Origin: Azolla caroliniana | Lineage: Eukaryota > Plantae > Polypodiophyta | DNA length: 64,000 nucleotides | Direction of reading: 5' to 3' | NCBI GenBank assembly: GCA_043228905.1 | Contig: JBHGNT010000010.1 | Span: 1,922,001 to 1,986,000, forward strand | Part shown: positions 59,694 through 64,000 of the stretch, piece by piece | Layout: every line of letters begins with the position of its first letter | How positions within the stretch are numbered: the first letter of the stretch is position 1 | The notes under the pieces: generated by a model | The model's database searches: none | What the model saw: the letters and a program-made list of their open reading frames with translations, nothing else | What the model was told of the DNA's origin: nothing | Translations under genes and position numbers: made by a program

Positions 59694-62410
59694 TGTCATA
59701 GACACACCAACCCTAGACTACGACGGAGCACGAATGACGAGGCTACGACCGCTAAGGTTGTGAACGTGGAACTCAACGTAATGAGGCTAGAAACTCGGGA
59801 AGTTGGGAGCGACGAGATGAGGAACATAAGACGCTAGGAACAATATAAAGGCATAAAGACAAAGCTGTAAATGAAGGAGAGAAGATGGGGCTAAACAAGA
59901 ATACTAGATTGATGTGTCAATGATTCGTGTTGAATACCATGAAAGGGACCAAGAAGGTTACAAGTATTTATATGTAATTTGAAGTACATGCATTAGAATA
60001 TTTTGAAGAATATTCTAGAACCTTCTAGAACCTTGGAACTTTCTAGAACATTGTAGATGTCTAGAGAGTATACCTAGATCATGTACATCTTATACAATGA
60101 TATGTAGATCAAATATATCTTATACAATGCTCATATGAAGATGGTTGAGCATGATGTATTGTTCATGTGAGGTTGTAAGTTCAATCCTCACCAAGTATAT
60201 ATTTCATGTCATTGTATTGTGACATTATCCTCCCCTTTACGGCCACCTTTTCAAAAGTGTAGTGTAGGGGTGAGCGGAGACTAGAACACCAACGGGCATG
60301 AGCGACCATGTGTTGTTCTCACCGGGAACTGCAACACCAACAGACGTGAGTGACCATGTGCGGTCCTCACCGGAGACTAGAACACCAACGGGCGTGAGTG
60401 ACCATGTGCGGTCCTTGCCGGAGACACGAACACCAACGGATGTGAGCGACCATGTACAGTCTTCACCGGGAACTAGAACACCAACGGGCGTGAGTGACGA
60501 TGTGCGGTCCTCACCGGGCATTAGAACACCAACAAGCATGAGAGACCATGTGTGGTCCTCACCGGGAACGCGAACACCAATAGGCGTGAGAGACCATGTG
60601 CGCGGTCCACACCGGGAACTGGAACACCAACAGGCATGAGCGACCATGTGCGGTCCTCACCGAGAACTGGAACACCAACAGATGTGAGCGACCATGTACG
60701 GTCCTCATGGGGAACTGGAACACTAACAGGTGTGAGTGACCATGTGTGGTCCTCACCGGAGACACGAACACTAACAGACATGAGTGACCATGTGCGGTCC
60801 TCACCGGGAACACGAACACCAACGGGCGTGAGAGACCATGTACGATCCTCACCGGGAACTGGAACACCAACAGGCGTGAGCAACCATGTGCAGTCCTCAC
60901 CAGAGACACGAACACCAACAAGCATGAGAGACCATGTGCGGTCCTCACCGGGAACGTGAACACCAACGGGCGTGAAAGACCATGTACGATCCTCACCGGG
61001 AACTGGAACACCAACAGGCGTGAGCAACCATGTGCAGTCCTCATCGGGAACTGGAACATCAACGGGCGTGAGCGACCATGTGTAGTCGTCACCGGGAACT
61101 CGAACACCAATGGGCGTGAGCGACCATGTGCGGTTCTCACCGGGAACTGGAACACCAACGGGCGTGCGCAACCCTGTGCAGTCCTCATCGAAGACACGAA
61201 CACCAACGGACGTGAGCGACCATGTGTGTTCCTCACCAGAGACACGAACACCAACGGGCATGAGCGACCCAATACGTTCTTCACCGGGAATCGGGACACC
61301 AATGGGCGTGAGCGACCATGTGTGGTCCTCACCGGGAATTCGAACACTTGACATCGATGGAGTCTAGGCAAAGTAGTGTTGATGACGACACCAAGAGGTG
61401 TTGAAGATGATGATGTCGAAGACGAAGAAATGTAGACAATGATGTTGAGGAAGCGTCTCTGGAAGCAATCACTATGACTATGGCAATGATGGAAATAGAG
61501 ACGTAGATGAAGAGGAGAAGAAACATAGATATCACGACATTGAGGATAAAAATAAACACGAACACAAAGATATAGAGGATGATAGAAAACATAGTGACAG
61601 GGACGAAGATCGTTAGAAACACATAGATAGGGATGATGATGATAAGTAACACGGAGATAGATATGTGAAGGACGAGAAGAAACTAAAAAACAGAGACGAT
61701 GATGAGGAGAAACTAAAAGACAAAGACAATGATGAGAAGGAACTAGGAGATAGAGATGGCGAGGAAGATAGGAAACAAAGGGATGTTGATAACGGTAACT
61801 CTGGAAGCAAGGATGACGATGATGGTAACTCTAGAAGCAAGGGTGATGGCAAAAATGGGCGATGCTTCTAGCTGGAAGGGATTCAAACTGTCACGGACAC
61901 ACTAACCCTAGACTATGACAGAGCACGAATGACGACGCTACAACCGATAAGGTTACGAACGTGGAACTCCACGTGATGAGGCCAGAAACTTGGGAAGTTG
62001 GGAGCGACGAGATGAGGAACTTAAGATGCTAGGAACAATACAAGAGCCTAAAGACAAAGATGTAAATCAAGGAGAGAAGATAGGGCTAAACAAGAATACT
62101 AGATTGATGTGTCAGTGACTGGTGTTGAATCCCTTGAAAGGGACCAAGAAGGTTACAAGTATTTATACTGTAAGTTGAAGTACATGCATTAGAATATTTT
62201 GAAGAATAGTCTAGAACCTTGGAACTTTCTAGAACTTTGTAGATGTGTAGAGAGTATAGCAAGATCATGTACATCTTATACAAAGATATGTAGATCAAAT
62301 ATATTTTATACAATGCTCATATGATGATGCTTGAGCATGATGTATTCTTCATATGAGGTTGTAAGTTCAATTCTCACCAACTATATATTTTATGTCATTG
62401 TATTGTGAGA
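59694..62410 (-). mobile_element. Non-autonomous LTR retroelement (LARD/TRIM-like, chromovirus-type LTR)
   Basis: LTRs 59694-60224 and 61889-62410; TSD ATCGA (59689-59693, 62411-62415); minus-strand PPT at 60225-60238; no pol domains inside. Confidence 0.9.
60276..61347. repeat. 48-bp tandem array (~22 units)
   Basis: Consensus GAACACCAACGGGCGTGAGCGACCATGTGCGGTCCTCACCGGGAACTG; 16-aa periodicity in the overlapping ORFs. Confidence 0.95.
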
Positions 62411-63760
62411 ATCGAGCCTTTTAACTTAGGTTGTCCTAAAAAAAGTAAAGTAGTTACAAATAATGAAGGGGTTGATTTATCTAATGTCGACGAGGATTGC
62501 GTCAATTAGCCTCTCAATTTTTGAAGAGCTCCCCGACGAGTGTTAAAAGATATAATTTTTTGTGTTCAGATCGTCAAATTGCATTTGATACAAGCAAGCC
62601 ATGTTGTGGGAATCTTTGTCCTTCGAAATTTGGAAAGGAAAACTTGAGGGGGTTGCGACATAAGTATTTGTCACTTAATGGCGACGAACAAGATACTTTT
62701 ATGATTTCACATATGCAACTTGTTAAGGACCATAGAGCAGAGCCAAGTTCAATGCATGTGGAATATTACCTTTCACTTAGTATGAAGAGTTATCGAGTTG
62801 CTTTCAAAATTGCCTATAGCATTGGTAACATGAGGCTCTAGAAAATTCAACATCGATTGGTAAAGGGCTCGTGGGTACCTTTCAACAATAAAGAATTTGC
62901 ATGTAAGGGTCTGATTGGGCGGCATGCCGTTACGTGGATGGAGATATATTTCTCAAAGCAATGTGATGTTATGCCCACTACTGGAAGATTGCATTTGTCA
63001 GATAACTTCACAGGTTGTGAGGAGTACCAAGCGTATAAGGATGACATGTTATTAGAGTGTACCTTAAACATACAATATCGGCATTTTAATCGATTATGGA
63101 GATTGAAGTTTAACAATGTGGTCATACCACGTAAGGTCTGAATGGGTGTTTGTTCTGTATGTGCAAGTTTAAAAAGCATGGCGAAAAGTGGAAGAACAGA
63201 TGACGAAATAAAGAGTTATAAGAATTTATTAAAAGATCAAGAAATTCAAGCGTGGGAAAGATCTAAACCTATGCACCATCGACAAAAAGGGCTTCAATCA
63301 CCAGAAAGGTACATGTGCTTGATTATAGATGGCATAGATCAGAAGAAGACTTGTTTGCCACACTTTCGATAGTTATCGATGGATATTGGAGATGAATGCC
63401 TTGTGTAAATGCACTTAGTAGGTTGTTTGTCTTATTGTCAAACAATAAGGCCTCAAGTGTTCCTAACTTATCCTAATGTCCACAACGACCCTAATCTTAC
63501 AGTCACAGTAATGCAAAGAGTTTTACAGCCTTGGCAAGGTATTCTCCCGCCAATGTTATACATGCATCTAGACAACACGACTAGACAAAACAAATGTCCG
63601 ACTGTGTTCGGTTATTTAAGCATGCTAGTAGAAACGGGCATATTTAAAAAGATTAAGGTAAACTTCTTACTAGTTGGTCATACGCATGATCATATAGATC
63701 AAATGTTTAGCCTGTTCTCAAAGAAATTAGTGAGATGTGATGCTTTCACGCTTCCTACGT

Positions 63761-64000
63761 TGTCGTGCCTTTCGGCTCCGGATCGTTGTGTGAGTCGGGC
63801 GGGAACCACTGAGGTTTTGGACTAGGAGAAAAGAAAATTCCAAGGCAATGAAGAATATGAAATATGTTGTAAGAAAGAAAGATATGAAAAACTCGTGAAT
63901 CCCACGAGTGTAGTGTATTAGTGAGTACTCAGATTAAGAGACAAAAATAGTTAGCAAATTCGTGAATCCCACGATTATATTATATTAATCCACCTTTGTA
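63761..64000. mobile_element. Possible start of another LTR interrupting the transposase
   Basis: TGTCGTG begins where transposase-like sequence stops (DAFTLPTL); short direct repeat TCGTGAATCCCACGA. The other end is outside the window. Confidence 0.35.

Larger units (their letters stand above)
59524..63760 (+). pseudogene. Broken DNA-transposon transposase, Sola-like, interrupted by an LTR element
   Basis: Motifs CLIIDGIDQ, HLDNTTRQNK and FLLVGHTHDHIDQMFS, with Cys-rich upstream segments, stops and frameshifts. The N-terminal frame from 59524 reads through once 59694-62415 is removed (FSIE-PFNL). Confidence 0.65.

Noticed and set aside
60276-61347. CRISPR-like appearance of the regular array
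   Set aside because: Units are contiguous 48-bp repeats with no unique spacers, inside a plant LTR element, with no cas genes.

Overview
Eukaryotic, land-plant-type DNA, probably a non-seed plant (inferred from the Tcn1-like chromoviruses and a Sola-like transposase). The only host genes are a tandem cluster of intronless-CDS, ~220-aa secreted proteins of one unrecognised family. Two subtypes alternate A-B-A-B-A-(pseudo B)-B: A at <1-180, 23048-23716, 40801-41469; B at 3802-4467, 28537-29205, 44917-45576. Deleted relics are also present. The proteins show three beta-trefoil-like repeats and a C-P-X-x5-C loop with Bowman-Birk spacing, whose putative P1 residue is Arg in A and Phe or Val in B. 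I propose they are an undescribed diversifying protease-inhibitor/defence family (inference). The cluster was amplified as a ~18-23 kb segmental unit that carries an old chromovirus. The rest is nested transposons whose ends and target-site duplications (TSDs) can mostly be read directly: an intact young Copia; a long-TIR MITE; a rearranged Tcn1-like element whose LTR carries an antisense RT piece; a solo LTR; a full-length LINE holding a decayed Copia; a self-priming-type non-autonomous LTR element with a 48-bp array; and a broken Sola-like transposase.
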